From: Candidatus Dojkabacteria bacterium
Lineage (GTDB): Bacteria; Patescibacteriota; Dojkabacteria; SC72; JAFGCJ01
Direction of reading: 5' to 3'
Length of the DNA: 64,000 bases
NCBI GenBank assembly: GCA_016929645.1
Contig: JAFGIK010000026.1
Location: forward strand, 14,288-78,287
A model generated the notes under the pieces. It did no database searches. It saw only the letters and a program-made list of their open reading frames with translations, and had not been told where the DNA came from. Below, piece after piece: positions 20,738 through 30,782 of the stretch. Made by a program: the position numbers and the translations under genes. Position 1 is the first letter of the stretch. The number at the start of each line of letters is the position of its first letter.

Positions 20738-21376
20738 CTATACTTTTTCCCCACATTCTGGGCAAAACTTTGCATTTTCGGTTAATTTTGCTCCACATTT
20801 TTTGCATTTATCATCAGTTACCAATTTTTCCCCACACTCAGGACAGAACTTTGAGTGTGCCTTAACAGATGCATTACATTTTGGACAAGAGGCTTTTTTC
20901 ATATCATTCCAATCCTTTTCACCAAGATGTTTTTCTTCTTCAGACATTCTTGCATGAGCAAAAGCCTCTTCCTGGGAATGTTGAGCTTGGGCAGCTGCCA
21001 TTTCTTCACCAAGCTGAGGAGCACACCCTTTGCAAAGTCCACGCTCCTCGTTCCAACATACTTCCTTACAGACCCAGGTACCACATCTTTTACACTGTGC
21101 AAATTTTGGTGCGATCTCCTCTACTGCATCCTGAAGAGCTTTATCATGCTGAGGTCCAGCAGCCATTCTGTGAATATCATCTGAAGTTGCAGATACATCT
21201 GATGCTGCACCTCCAAATAAATTACCAACAATATTCAATGCCCCGGAGATAGCTCCTGTTGCGGATTTCTTAAAACTGCTCATATAGCCATTACCACATT
21301 TCTCGCAGATAAACTTGAATTGGTAACCAGAATCAGTTGATAGATCTTGATAATTATCAGTAAAGGGAATATTCAT
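20738..21376 (-). CDS. Zinc-ribbon (double zinc ribbon) protein
   Basis: FKFICEKCG, QCKRCGTWVC..CW, two CxxC...KFCPECG repeats. Confidence 0.85.
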   Translation of the reverse strand: MNIPFTDNYQDLSTDSGYQFKFICEKCGNGYMSSFKKSATGAISGALNIVGNLFGGAASDVSATSDDIHRMAAGPQHDKALQDAVEEIAPKFAQCKRCGTWVCKEVCWNEERGLCKGCAPQLGEEMAAAQAQHSQEEAFAHARMSEEEKHLGEKDWNDMKKASCPKCNASVKAHSKFCPECGEKLVTDDKCKKCGAKLTENAKFCPECGEKV

Positions 21377-21507
21377 AATTTTATAATTATTATCTAATTT
21401 AGCTTTGACAGAAACATTTTAACTTAAAAACCGAAAGCTTGCTATATTACTAACAATTTAACAGAAATTCAACAGGACAAAAGCACACACATTTAATAAA
21501 ATCTTCA

Positions 21508-22230
21508 TTATATTCTAATAAAATCTGGGAAGGGCTCTTTCTTCATTACGGTCCATACATTATTTATATAGTTTAGTACGAAATAGTTTTGAGCCAAATG
21601 AAGCCAAAACGCCCCTCGACGAGTAAGTTGAATTGTTCCATTAACTTTTTCACAGAGTTTTAATAAAAGGAAAATTTTAAGAAGGAGATCTATCTTCCAG
21701 GTTTTAATATTTTCATACTCACTTAATGTAAACTTTGTTTCATAGAGCCTCCAATAAAACCAATACCAATCAGATAAACTTTTTAATATTGGCATATCAA
21801 TTGCAATTGGTAATCTGTTATTCATTAACCTTTTTTCATAATCACGAACCGAAAAAGTATTAAAGTAAAAAATATTATCAAACCTTGACGCAGCACCAGC
21901 TCCAATACCTAAGTATTTGTCTCTAGTAACTGAAGAATATTTTAAATTTCCTGAATTTTTATTAAAGCTCCAAACTGAGGTCATCTCATATTTGTTTTTT
22001 TGGAAAAAATCATAAATTATATTGTAAAATCGATACCTTTTAGAAAAGCCTGGCATTTTAACTTTTTTAATTTTTAAATACTCACCAATTGATGAATACG
22101 GAAAAGTAAACAATGGATAAACGGTCACCTGATTAACATTCATTTTAGAAATTTTTTCCAGATCATTTTTTAAATCTTGCTCGGTCTGACCGGGGAATGA
22201 AAACATCAAATCGGCATTTATACTTCCAAA
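21508..22230 (-). pseudogene. 5'-truncated HemN/coproporphyrinogen III oxidase-like radical SAM gene (C-terminal half only)
   Basis: Frame reads FGSINADLMFSFPGQT...YLGIGAGAAS; in-frame TGA at 22243-22245; no CxxxCxxC motif. Confidence 0.75.
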
Positions 22231-22804
22231 CTTAGTCCCGGTTCATTCGCCAATGGGAGCTATGTCATTAATTTGCAAAAAGCTGTACCCAAAATGCAAT
22301 CAAGTCTTTGTTGGACCATGTATTACCAAGAAAAATGAAGCCGCAGAAATTGGAGGAATTGATCTTGCAATTACATTTAAGGAACTATCCGAGTATTTTG
22401 ATAAAAATCCCATTGATATAAAAACCGTGCACAAAAAGAGTTTTAACAAATTTTATAACGATTACACCAAAATTTATCCTGTATCAGGAGGACTTTCTGA
22501 CACACTACATCATGAAAAAGTTCTTGATGGAAATCAAATATTAGTCATGGACGGAATTGCAAATCTCATGCCAGTATTCAATGAATTTAAAGATGGATTT
22601 TACAAAGACTATCTGTTTCTAGATTGCCTAAGCTGCAACGGAGGTTGCATTGCAGGACCAGGGATAAACAACACTCTGGATTTAGAATCCAGAAGAAAAA
22701 AGGTTCTAGCGTATAAGAATTTTGCAATGAATAATGAAAAAGATTTAGAAAGACGTGGCATGGTTCATGATGCAGATGGAATTGATTTTAAAAGGATATT
22801 CTAA
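22226..22804 (+). pseudogene. 5'-truncated [FeFe]-hydrogenase large-subunit-like gene (C-terminal part)
   Basis: PNLVPVHSPMGA, VFVGPCITKKNEA, YPVSGG, CLSCNGGCIAGPG; the upstream SxCP motif region is absent. Confidence 0.7.
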
Positions 22805-22894
22805 GCCCCTCCCAAAACGAAACAAAAGTTGTATAAATGTATTAATGATAAATTAACCTCAAAATTTATAATTTCTCAATATCGAGACAAACCA

Positions 22895-22931
22895 TTGACC
22901 CATAATGTATTTTAATGTACTATTTGGTCAA
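22895..22931 (+). promoter_or_regulatory. Putative sigma70 promoter with TTGACC...GGTCAA inverted repeat
   Basis: TTGACC(22895-22900)-N17-TACTAT(22918-22923); GGTCAA at 22926-22931. Confidence 0.45.
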
Positions 22932-22982
22932 GCAAAATCAAAAAATACAAATTTCTATATAAAATATCAGGAATATAGAATC

Positions 22983-25145
22983 ATGGCAGAAGATAAAGAC
23001 CTTGGCCCAAAGATTAAAACACCCCTTAGAGAAAACCTTGCAGTACCTAGTGAAACATTACGCGAAATTTATGATGCTGTAGAAACAGGACAAAATCCTA
23101 ATGCACCAGAGGAATTGTTTTATAACGATATAGAAATTGATAGATCCAAAATCCTACCTCAACAGGATTTTAATGAAGAACACACTACTAATCCAGAACA
23201 TTTAGCACAAAGAATACAAGGAGTCTTAGTTAGAACCGGAGCCTTTATTGATATAAAAAAACTTGAAGCTGCAAGAGAAGAGGCTGCAGCACAAGGAGCG
23301 CAAGGCGGACATTTTAGAGATGAAAGAGGAGACTTAACTTTGCTCAAACAAGAACCACATGACAGACTAGCACAGGTCATTGATGAGAATACAATACCAA
23401 CATCATTATCGGATTTATTTGATGCAGAGAACAGCCCAGTAACAAGTTCATACACATCAAGAACTAAAATACACCAAGGTCGGGACATAGGTTATTCAAA
23501 AGGAAAAGCTGGAATTCATATTCATACCGCCCAGACTGATAGATTTGTGTTTACAGAAGGTGCATGGGAAATAGTGCTTGTTGATATGAGGCAAGTGTCA
23601 CCAAGCTACGGTACAAGAGTCTGTCTTTCTTTTGATGCAAGTCAGGAAAATCAGCTTGCACTTGTAATACCTCCAGGAATCGCCCACACAATTGCATGCT
23701 TTAGAGAGGCTCCTGATGGTAAAGAATATGCAACACTGGTAAACTTTCCAACACTCGGATATAGCGAACTACCTCCAAGTATAGCAAAAGGAAATTATTC
23801 ACCTCAAACAGCAATCAGGGCAATGGAAGGAAGGCTTGATCCAACTAGAGTCATTGCAAATAGTGGTAATAAAACTGAAGCTGGAACAACGTTTAACTGG
23901 CTTTTATATCAAAGATGGCTATTAAACAGGGCAAAGCTAGAAGAAAGGAAAGAGGAGGAAAATACCAGAAATATTGTATTAGCTGGAGGATCAAATGGGC
24001 TTCTTGGTTCACTCATCGAACAAGAACTTTGGAAAAATGGTTTTGTAACAGAATCTGCATCCAGATATCAAGCTTTAGATGCAGATGGCATAAACATGAG
24101 AATAGATCTAACAAAACTATCTGAAGATCAAATCGTTGAATGGTTACTAGGATCGAATGCACAGGCCGTTATATTAACAGCTGCATGGACAGATGTTCCA
24201 GCAAGCATAGCATTAGCTTCATTTATAAATAAATATCAAGAAGAACTTACCATTGCAGGTATTCATGGGACAGACCCTGTAAGTGAGATAAATATTAATT
24301 TTGTTGTCAGGCTAGCAAACGCAATAAAGAAAGCAAGGGAAATCTACGGCAGGCAAATCAAACTTGTACTGCCACAAACAACAATGGCATCAATTGGCAC
24401 AATTCTAAATGCGAATTATTATGCAAGAACTAAAGCAGTTGGTATACAACAAGCACAACAAATTCTTGGTAATAATGCGTTAGTAGCAACATTTGGTTAT
24501 CCGTACGTAATCGATGCTGCACAGATACCACAATCTGCCAAATCAATGACTTTACACAAGAGAATAGAACAAGTAGTTAGGGCTATTAGGCAAGAAGGCT
24601 CTTCTGCAGTCAGTGCTTTTTTTAACGACGCCATAGATCTAACAGATATGAATCCTGTTCTTGCAAATATCTTGCAGTACATTACAAATCCGAAACAAGA
24701 ACCTAATCCTCTAGATCAAAGACTAAATTGGGTTTCAACTCTAGAACTATGCAATCTTATAGCAGACGTATACGTTTCACTATACGGAGGAGATATTGAC
24801 GAAGTGAAAAAATTATCGATTACATCAGCTTCAATGAGCGGATATAAACCAACAAATGGTGATTTATTAAGATATAACAACGCAACAGGAGAATGTAGTA
24901 ATCCTGTATATGCATGGATTACTAATGCTGTTCGAGTGATTAAACAGAAATTAAGAATAGACATCGACTTATTACAATTCATCAAAGAAGAAGCTAACTA
25001 CAGCAAAGCATATCCAAGCTTTTCGAGCTTTAATCAAGATCCTACAACTGCTTCAACTTATAGAATAAAATTAATAAACGACATAATAAGAATAATGGTA
25101 CAGAAATACGGAGCGGCAACAGTCTCCCAGGACAAGCAAGATTAA
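22983..25145 (+). CDS. Divergent RmlC-like epimerase (cupin) + RmlD-like reductase fusion
   Basis: GIHIH..QTDRF..VLVDMRQVSPSYG..IPPGIAH (RmlC-like); IVLAGGSNGLLG, AAWTDV, YARTK (RmlD/SDR-like). Confidence 0.72.
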   Translation: MAEDKDLGPKIKTPLRENLAVPSETLREIYDAVETGQNPNAPEELFYNDIEIDRSKILPQQDFNEEHTTNPEHLAQRIQGVLVRTGAFIDIKKLEAAREEAAAQGAQGGHFRDERGDLTLLKQEPHDRLAQVIDENTIPTSLSDLFDAENSPVTSSYTSRTKIHQGRDIGYSKGKAGIHIHTAQTDRFVFTEGAWEIVLVDMRQVSPSYGTRVCLSFDASQENQLALVIPPGIAHTIACFREAPDGKEYATLVNFPTLGYSELPPSIAKGNYSPQTAIRAMEGRLDPTRVIANSGNKTEAGTTFNWLLYQRWLLNRAKLEERKEEENTRNIVLAGGSNGLLGSLIEQELWKNGFVTESASRYQALDADGINMRIDLTKLSEDQIVEWLLGSNAQAVILTAAWTDVPASIALASFINKYQEELTIAGIHGTDPVSEININFVVRLANAIKKAREIYGRQIKLVLPQTTMASIGTILNANYYARTKAVGIQQAQQILGNNALVATFGYPYVIDAAQIPQSAKSMTLHKRIEQVVRAIRQEGSSAVSAFFNDAIDLTDMNPVLANILQYITNPKQEPNPLDQRLNWVSTLELCNLIADVYVSLYGGDIDEVKKLSITSASMSGYKPTNGDLLRYNNATGECSNPVYAWITNAVRVIKQKLRIDIDLLQFIKEEANYSKAYPSFSSFNQDPTTASTYRIKLINDIIRIMVQKYGAATVSQDKQD

Positions 25146-25191
25146 TAATAAAGATTACAAATATCTAGAAAAAAGACTCAAAATAACAAAG

Positions 25192-25740
25192 CTATATTTT
25201 CATTATTTCCTTGATAACATCATCATATCGTTTCTTGATCTCACCTTTGAATATACCATCAGTGATCTTGAGCTTCATTAATTCTTCATCAGTGAACTTT
25301 TTACCATTTTTCTCAAGAAGTTTTATAGATAATGCCTTTGTTAAGACTAATTTATCACCAACAAGATTCTTAACCCTATTAAATACGGATTTATACCCAT
25401 ACTCCGTATCTTTGTCTTCATCGCCTCCCCCACACATAGTAATAAATGCCAACTTTTTGATATCATTTTTAAATTTTTTTATAAATCCAATAACTGGAGA
25501 AATTAATTGACCTGTCCAAATTGGACTGCATAAAATAACCAGATCATAGTCAGCTGGATTATGATTCATAGATCGTATGCCAGCACCAAGTTTGAAAAAA
25601 GACATCAAAAGAAGAGGAATAAGACCTTTAGGAACAGGATTAATTTCTTCAACATCACATTTCAGATCTTTAGCTATTTTATTTGCAAGATATTTATTAT
25701 TGCCAGATTTTGAATAGTAACACACAAGTATTTTTTTCAT
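25192..25740 (-). CDS. Flavodoxin-like protein
   Basis: YYSKSGNNKYLA, YDLVILCSPIW, FITMCGG. Confidence 0.85.
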   Translation of the reverse strand: MKKILVCYYSKSGNNKYLANKIAKDLKCDVEEINPVPKGLIPLLLMSFFKLGAGIRSMNHNPADYDLVILCSPIWTGQLISPVIGFIKKFKNDIKKLAFITMCGGGDEDKDTEYGYKSVFNRVKNLVGDKLVLTKALSIKLLEKNGKKFTDEELMKLKITDGIFKGEIKKRYDDVIKEIMKI

Positions 25741-25772
25741 AATAATCGTTAGGAATTTTCAACCAAAATTAG

Positions 25773-25934
25773 TTATTTAACAATGCCTCTCTTCCTCATC
25801 TCTGCTAAAAGCTTTTCTGGAATACCACGACACGAACAATTTTTAGCATGCTCTTGGTGCCATTTTATTCTTTGTTCTATCGTGGGGTTTTTGGGCATTT
25901 TGTTTTTAAGATGCCAAGCTTTGTTGAGATTCAT
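25773..25934 (-). CDS. 53-aa small protein with His/Cys cluster (not in the ORF track)
   Basis: Manual translation MNLNKAWHLKNKMPKNPTIEQRIKWHQEHAKNCSCRGIPEKLLAEMRKRGIVK*; co-oriented just upstream of the flavodoxin. Confidence 0.65.
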   Translation of the reverse strand: MNLNKAWHLKNKMPKNPTIEQRIKWHQEHAKNCSCRGIPEKLLAEMRKRGIVK

Positions 25935-26165
25935 TGATATTAAGATGAATGTAAATTTACATAATCAAGACAACATAAATACACAATATAATATTACTCA
26001 AAAGCCGTAAGAAGGCAATAAGATCTTAAGTAACAGGGAATACTCGCTCACAATATGGACAAGCGATGATGTAAAAATCGCAAATTACTGAACTATTAAA
26101 GATTGAAAGACAGAGATAATATCTCCACCCCTAAACCTAACAAAACATATATAATAAATAGTTAA

Positions 26166-27152
26166 ATGATATCAATAAATCCAATAAAACAATTATTAAA
26201 AAACGAGTATGGGCTTGATTGGTTCAAATTAGAAAACCTTCATGGTCATACAGACATGATATACAAAGTAACAACCCACAGGCACAAGTATGTTTTAAAA
26301 GTTTCTCTAAACAGAAAAATGTCAAAACGCCGATTTGAAAGCCAGATTAATTATATTCAATATTTACAAAATCACGACATTCTCTCACCCAAAATAATAA
26401 AACCATGCACAGGCAATTTATACACAACGATTAAGGATTATAGAAATAGGTACTCTGCTTTATTTGAATATATTGATAATTTATACAGTCCAAACTTATC
26501 CAAACCATCAGAAGCAAGGGAATATGCAAAATATATCGGAAACCTACATAAAATCTCTCATAAATACAATAATAAGCACTACTGGTATTACGATCCAATT
26601 TCGGAAGAGACTAGAAAATTAAAATACCTGGAAAAATTCGTAAAAAAATCCAAACGAAAATACCTCGCAAAACTAATAAAAATAAAGAAAGACAACATTT
26701 CAAGATATAAAAAATTAAGACCCAAACTTGGTAAGACAATGCTTTTAAATGATTTAAGCGAAGGAAATATCTTCAAAATAAATAATAATTATATATTTAT
26801 TGACTGGAATATCGCAGCAACAGGATATTTTGCAGATGAAATTGCATGGATAATCACATGGTTTTTCATCAAGAAAAATAACATGAAACATCTTTCAAAA
26901 TTTCTTGATGAATACTTGAAACATTTTCCATTAAACAGCATAGAATTGGAACTTCTAACCTTTATGCCAATTAGTTACGCTTATACAATGTGGGATAACT
27001 TCGAAGAATGTAAGACAAAGGAATTATTTAGAGAGCAGGAAAAGAAGATTCTGGATTCATCAAAAATACTGGAACAGCTTATCAGACAAGTTTCAACCTC
27101 TTTATCCCACCACCGAGCAACATACATATCCCATTCTCACGACGAACAATAA
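26166..27152 (+). CDS. APH/homoserine kinase type II-like phosphotransferase
   Basis: YVLK, LFEYI, GNLH, NDLSEGN (Brenner-like motif lacking His), FIDW. Confidence 0.75.
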   Translation: MISINPIKQLLKNEYGLDWFKLENLHGHTDMIYKVTTHRHKYVLKVSLNRKMSKRRFESQINYIQYLQNHDILSPKIIKPCTGNLYTTIKDYRNRYSALFEYIDNLYSPNLSKPSEAREYAKYIGNLHKISHKYNNKHYWYYDPISEETRKLKYLEKFVKKSKRKYLAKLIKIKKDNISRYKKLRPKLGKTMLLNDLSEGNIFKINNNYIFIDWNIAATGYFADEIAWIITWFFIKKNNMKHLSKFLDEYLKHFPLNSIELELLTFMPISYAYTMWDNFEECKTKELFREQEKKILDSSKILEQLIRQVSTSLSHHRATYISHSHDEQ

Positions 27153-27263
27153 GTATTTTACGAAAGATGATATTATTGAGATAATTCAAATATAGATATC
27201 TTTGAAGTCTAGCCAAATTCACGTCAAAGATTTTGAATATTTTAATTAATAATTAATAAATCT

Positions 27264-28031
27264 ATGGAAAAACAATTCAAAGGATTAAATAGATTCAATA
27301 TATTTATGGGGGCATTACATTTGCTACAAGCTCTTGCAGTCTATTTCATAAGTGATCCTGATAAAGGCATCGTTCCAATAACCATTAATTATCTAGAATA
27401 TGATCAAATCGCTGCAAAATTATTACCTGCAACTAAAGAAGTATTTTCAGTAAATTTGGCTTGGTTTGTTGTTATCTTTTTTCTGTTAAGCTCTGTTGCT
27501 CACTTTTTCATTGGAACTATTTATATGAGTAAATACGAATCAGATCTAAAACTCGGGATTAACAAAGTTAGATGGTTCGAATATTCACTTAGTGCAAGTG
27601 TCATGATGATAGCAATAAGCTTACTATCTGGGATCTATGATTTATCAAGTCTTATTATGATTTTTACACTTGACGCACTTATGAATCTATTAGGACTTGC
27701 AATGGAAAAAGAAAATCAAGGGAAATCAAAGCTGAATTGGTTAACTTTTATACTCGGCTGTATAGCAGGAATTGTCCCATGGATTGTTTACGGAATTTAT
27801 GTTTATGGGGCAAGTCAATATGGAGGAGGAAATATTCCAGATTTCGTTTATTGGATTTACGTGTCTATCTTTTTGTTCTTTAATAGTTTTGCTGTAAATA
27901 TGTTTTTGCAATATAAGAAAATTGGACCTTGGAAAGATTATCTGTATGGAGAAAAGGTATATATTATATTAAGCTTGGTAGCAAAGTCTTTACTTGCATG
28001 GCAGGTATTTGCTGGAACATTGAGACCATAG
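27264..28031 (+). CDS. heR: Heliorhodopsin
   Basis: LHLLQA, AHF, NKVRWFEYSLSASVMM, FNSFAVNM, YIILSLVAKSLLAWQVF (retinal Lys in SLVAK); seven TMs. Confidence 0.95.
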   Translation: MEKQFKGLNRFNIFMGALHLLQALAVYFISDPDKGIVPITINYLEYDQIAAKLLPATKEVFSVNLAWFVVIFFLLSSVAHFFIGTIYMSKYESDLKLGINKVRWFEYSLSASVMMIAISLLSGIYDLSSLIMIFTLDALMNLLGLAMEKENQGKSKLNWLTFILGCIAGIVPWIVYGIYVYGASQYGGGNIPDFVYWIYVSIFLFFNSFAVNMFLQYKKIGPWKDYLYGEKVYIILSLVAKSLLAWQVFAGTLRP

Positions 28032-28093
28032 GGTTAGAAAAATAGGGAAAAAATGCCGAGAATGTTGAAGTTGCTAATGGGTATATCTCCACT

Positions 28094-28410
28094 TGCGGAA
28101 GCTGGATTCACTTTCCGCTCATTTCATTCGCTTCAAGTATGTATCGTGTCAGCCACTCGTCTTTGCTAATGCTCGACTCGTGGGACACAGCTCTGCACTA
28201 CGTCTCTTTTCGTTACTTACTCACTTTGTTCGTAAAACTCAAAGTACTCAGCACTCCTGTCGACACCCAATCATTCTCGCTTTGCTCGAATTCTTGGGTC
28301 TCCAGTTGCGAACCTGTTTCTGGTTCTCAACAGAATCTAACAAGTACCTTAGGAATACAACACTACGTATTCCCAAGGTATTGCCAAACGTTAGGATTTC
28401 ATGATGCCAA
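28094..28410 (-). other. Structured non-coding element downstream of tRNA-Gln ending in a degenerate tRNA 3' end
   Basis: Several hairpins with tandem GA motifs on the minus strand; ends gaatccagcttccgca versus tRNA-Gln gaatcctggtcccgca. Confidence 0.55.
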
Positions 28411-28479
28411 ATTCCTAAAGCGAAAAATTGAAATGTGTTGAATTTAAGAGGTTTTGAGAATTTTTATAATGGTAAACCA

Positions 28480-28550
28480 TTGCGGGACCAGGATTCGAAC
28501 CTGGACTAGGCGCTTCAGAGGCGCCCGTCCTACCATTAGACGATCCCGCA
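28480..28550 (-). tRNA. tRNA-Gln(CTG)
   Basis: tgcggga/tcccgca acceptor, ggcgc-CTCTGAA-gcgcc anticodon arm, ccagg-TTCGAAT-cctgg T arm; CCA not encoded. Confidence 0.95.
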
Positions 28551-28806
28551 GTTCAATAAGTAAATTTTAAAAAAGCTTAGAACATCTATCAACTAAAAGT
28601 AATTTTAGCAGCAAATACAATAAATCAACAGAATTGTACCACAAAATAATAAATTATCTCATACATCAATTTGCCTCGAATGCAACTCACTAATTACTAA
28701 TAATGAGCCAATTAAATTCGCATAATTTTTAAAACTTGCAAAAAATTTTAAATTTCATTATTATGTCCTGTTGATTGCCGATTTTTATATACAAAATTCA
28801 ATATTT

Positions 28807-29571
28807 ATGGCAAATAAGTCAATAATTACAGTACAAGATCTAAGAAAAACATACGGCGACTTAAAAGCTGTGGACGGTGTGTCATTTGAAGTATATGAAA
28901 ATGAGATTTTTGGAATCCTTGGACCTAACGGAGCTGGTAAAACAACCACTCTTGAAATGATTGAAGGCCTTAAGCAAATTGATGAAGGTATTGTTGAAAT
29001 AGACGGTATAAATGTTGCACAAAAACCCGAAGCCGTAAAAAAAATAGTTGGAATACAACTTCAGTCTTCTGCCTATTTTGAATATTTGAATATTACTGAG
29101 CTTTTAGATCTTTTCGGTACTTTCTACAAGAGGAAGATCGATGCAAAGGACTTAATTGACAAGGTTAATCTGGAAGGTAAAGAAAAATCATACGTAAAAC
29201 AGTTATCAGGAGGTCAACAACAAAGGATGTCCATAGCTTCGTCATTGGTAAATGATCCAAAAGTTTTATTCCTTGACGAACCGACAACTGGTCTTGACCC
29301 TCAAGCAAGAAGATCCCTTTGGGACTTGATTGAAGAGATTCGAAATACAGATAAAAAAACAATTGTTCTTACAACCCATTACATGGATGAAGCTGAACAA
29401 TTATGTGACCGAGTAGCAATAATGGATGATGGCAAGATTATAACAATTGATACACCAGCAAATTTAATTAAAAATCTATTAAGTAAAGGCTTTAAGCCAA
29501 GAAAAAGAAAATTCGAAGCAACATTAGAAGATGTATTTCTTGACCTTACGGGGAAAAAACTTAGAGATTAG
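28807..29571 (+). CDS. ABC-2 type transporter ATP-binding protein
   Basis: GPNGAGKTT, LSGGQQQR, LDEPTTGLDP, TTHYMDEAE. Confidence 0.93.
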   Translation: MANKSIITVQDLRKTYGDLKAVDGVSFEVYENEIFGILGPNGAGKTTTLEMIEGLKQIDEGIVEIDGINVAQKPEAVKKIVGIQLQSSAYFEYLNITELLDLFGTFYKRKIDAKDLIDKVNLEGKEKSYVKQLSGGQQQRMSIASSLVNDPKVLFLDEPTTGLDPQARRSLWDLIEEIRNTDKKTIVLTTHYMDEAEQLCDRVAIMDDGKIITIDTPANLIKNLLSKGFKPRKRKFEATLEDVFLDLTGKKLRD

Positions 29572-29630
29572 AACAGAATCATAAAAACGAACTAAATAAT
29601 TTACAAAAAGTAATTAACAAATTATAAAAA

Positions 29631-30725
29631 ATGAGTGAATTAAGTGTATTTTGGAAACTTACAAAAGCAAATATATTGATGTACATCCGTGACCGTGGTG
29701 CAATCTTTTGGTCGCTATTTTTTCCATTCATGATTATTGGAATCTTTGGTCTACTTGATTTCGGAAACATGGGAACAATGAATATCGGACTTGTGTACGA
29801 TGACACCACAAAAATGTATGCTGAATCACTTGAAGATATTTTAAAAGAAGATCAGAATTACAAATTTCACACAGGTTCAAAAGAACATGAAATGAACGAG
29901 TTGGAGAATGACAACAGAATAACAGTTCTCGAATTCACCAAAAAAGATAACGGCCAACTTGAAGTTAAAAGCTATACTGGCAAACAAAATGAGAATTATG
30001 GATTTATCGTAACAATGGTTTCAGAAAAGATTTTACTTGAGATGTCCCTTGCCCAACAGCAAATACAAAATCCCGTTGTAACCCAACAAGAAACAGTAAA
30101 CACCAACAATCTTAGAAATATCGACTATGTCGTCCCAGGAGTTATTGCAATGACTCTCATGCAAGGAAGTTTATTCACAGTAATTGGTACAATCGTTGGC
30201 AACAGAGAAAAAGGCATATTAAAAAGAATCTTTGCTACACCACTTGATAAGACTACATTCCTCGTATCGAATGTAGTAAGCCGAACTGTTATTGCTATGA
30301 TGCAGGTTGCAATTTTACTAATTGTTTCCTGGATTGTATTTAAAATCAAAATTGTTGGAAGCGTGCCATTAGTTGCAATTCTTTCAATACTTGGATGTTT
30401 GGTATTCTTATCCATGGGATTTTTAGTATCTGGAATTGCAAAAACATCCGAAGCTGCAAGATCGATGGTAATGCCATTCCAAATGATTATGATGTTTACA
30501 GGTGGTGTTTACTTTGATAGAAGCGTGCTACCAGGCTGGCTATACGACATTACAGCATATTCACCATTAACATACCTTTCAGACAGCTTGAAAGATGTGA
30601 TGGTTAAAGGTTACGGACTTGGTGATGCAAGTGTGAGAACTACATTGATAGCCTTATCAATTTGGTTAGTCGTACTCATCGTAATATCAGTACGAACCTT
30701 CAAGTGGGAAGATAACGGCAAATAA
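29631..30725 (+). CDS. ABC-2 type transporter permease
   Basis: YVVPGVIAM, REKGILKR, PLTY motifs; six TMs. Confidence 0.9.
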   Translation: MSELSVFWKLTKANILMYIRDRGAIFWSLFFPFMIIGIFGLLDFGNMGTMNIGLVYDDTTKMYAESLEDILKEDQNYKFHTGSKEHEMNELENDNRITVLEFTKKDNGQLEVKSYTGKQNENYGFIVTMVSEKILLEMSLAQQQIQNPVVTQQETVNTNNLRNIDYVVPGVIAMTLMQGSLFTVIGTIVGNREKGILKRIFATPLDKTTFLVSNVVSRTVIAMMQVAILLIVSWIVFKIKIVGSVPLVAILSILGCLVFLSMGFLVSGIAKTSEAARSMVMPFQMIMMFTGGVYFDRSVLPGWLYDITAYSPLTYLSDSLKDVMVKGYGLGDASVRTTLIALSIWLVVLIVISVRTFKWEDNGK

Positions 30726-30782
30726 CAAGCAAGTATTTACAAATTATTACGACTTACTATAAATCAGTTATTTAGTGCGCTA

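Noticed and set aside
28093-28441. ORFs 28093-28404 and 28139-28441 (+); tmRNA or RNase P identity for this region
   Set aside because: The two frames overlap each other over a hairpin-rich region with atypical composition; no tmRNA Ala-type acceptor ends or RNase P conserved motifs are visible.
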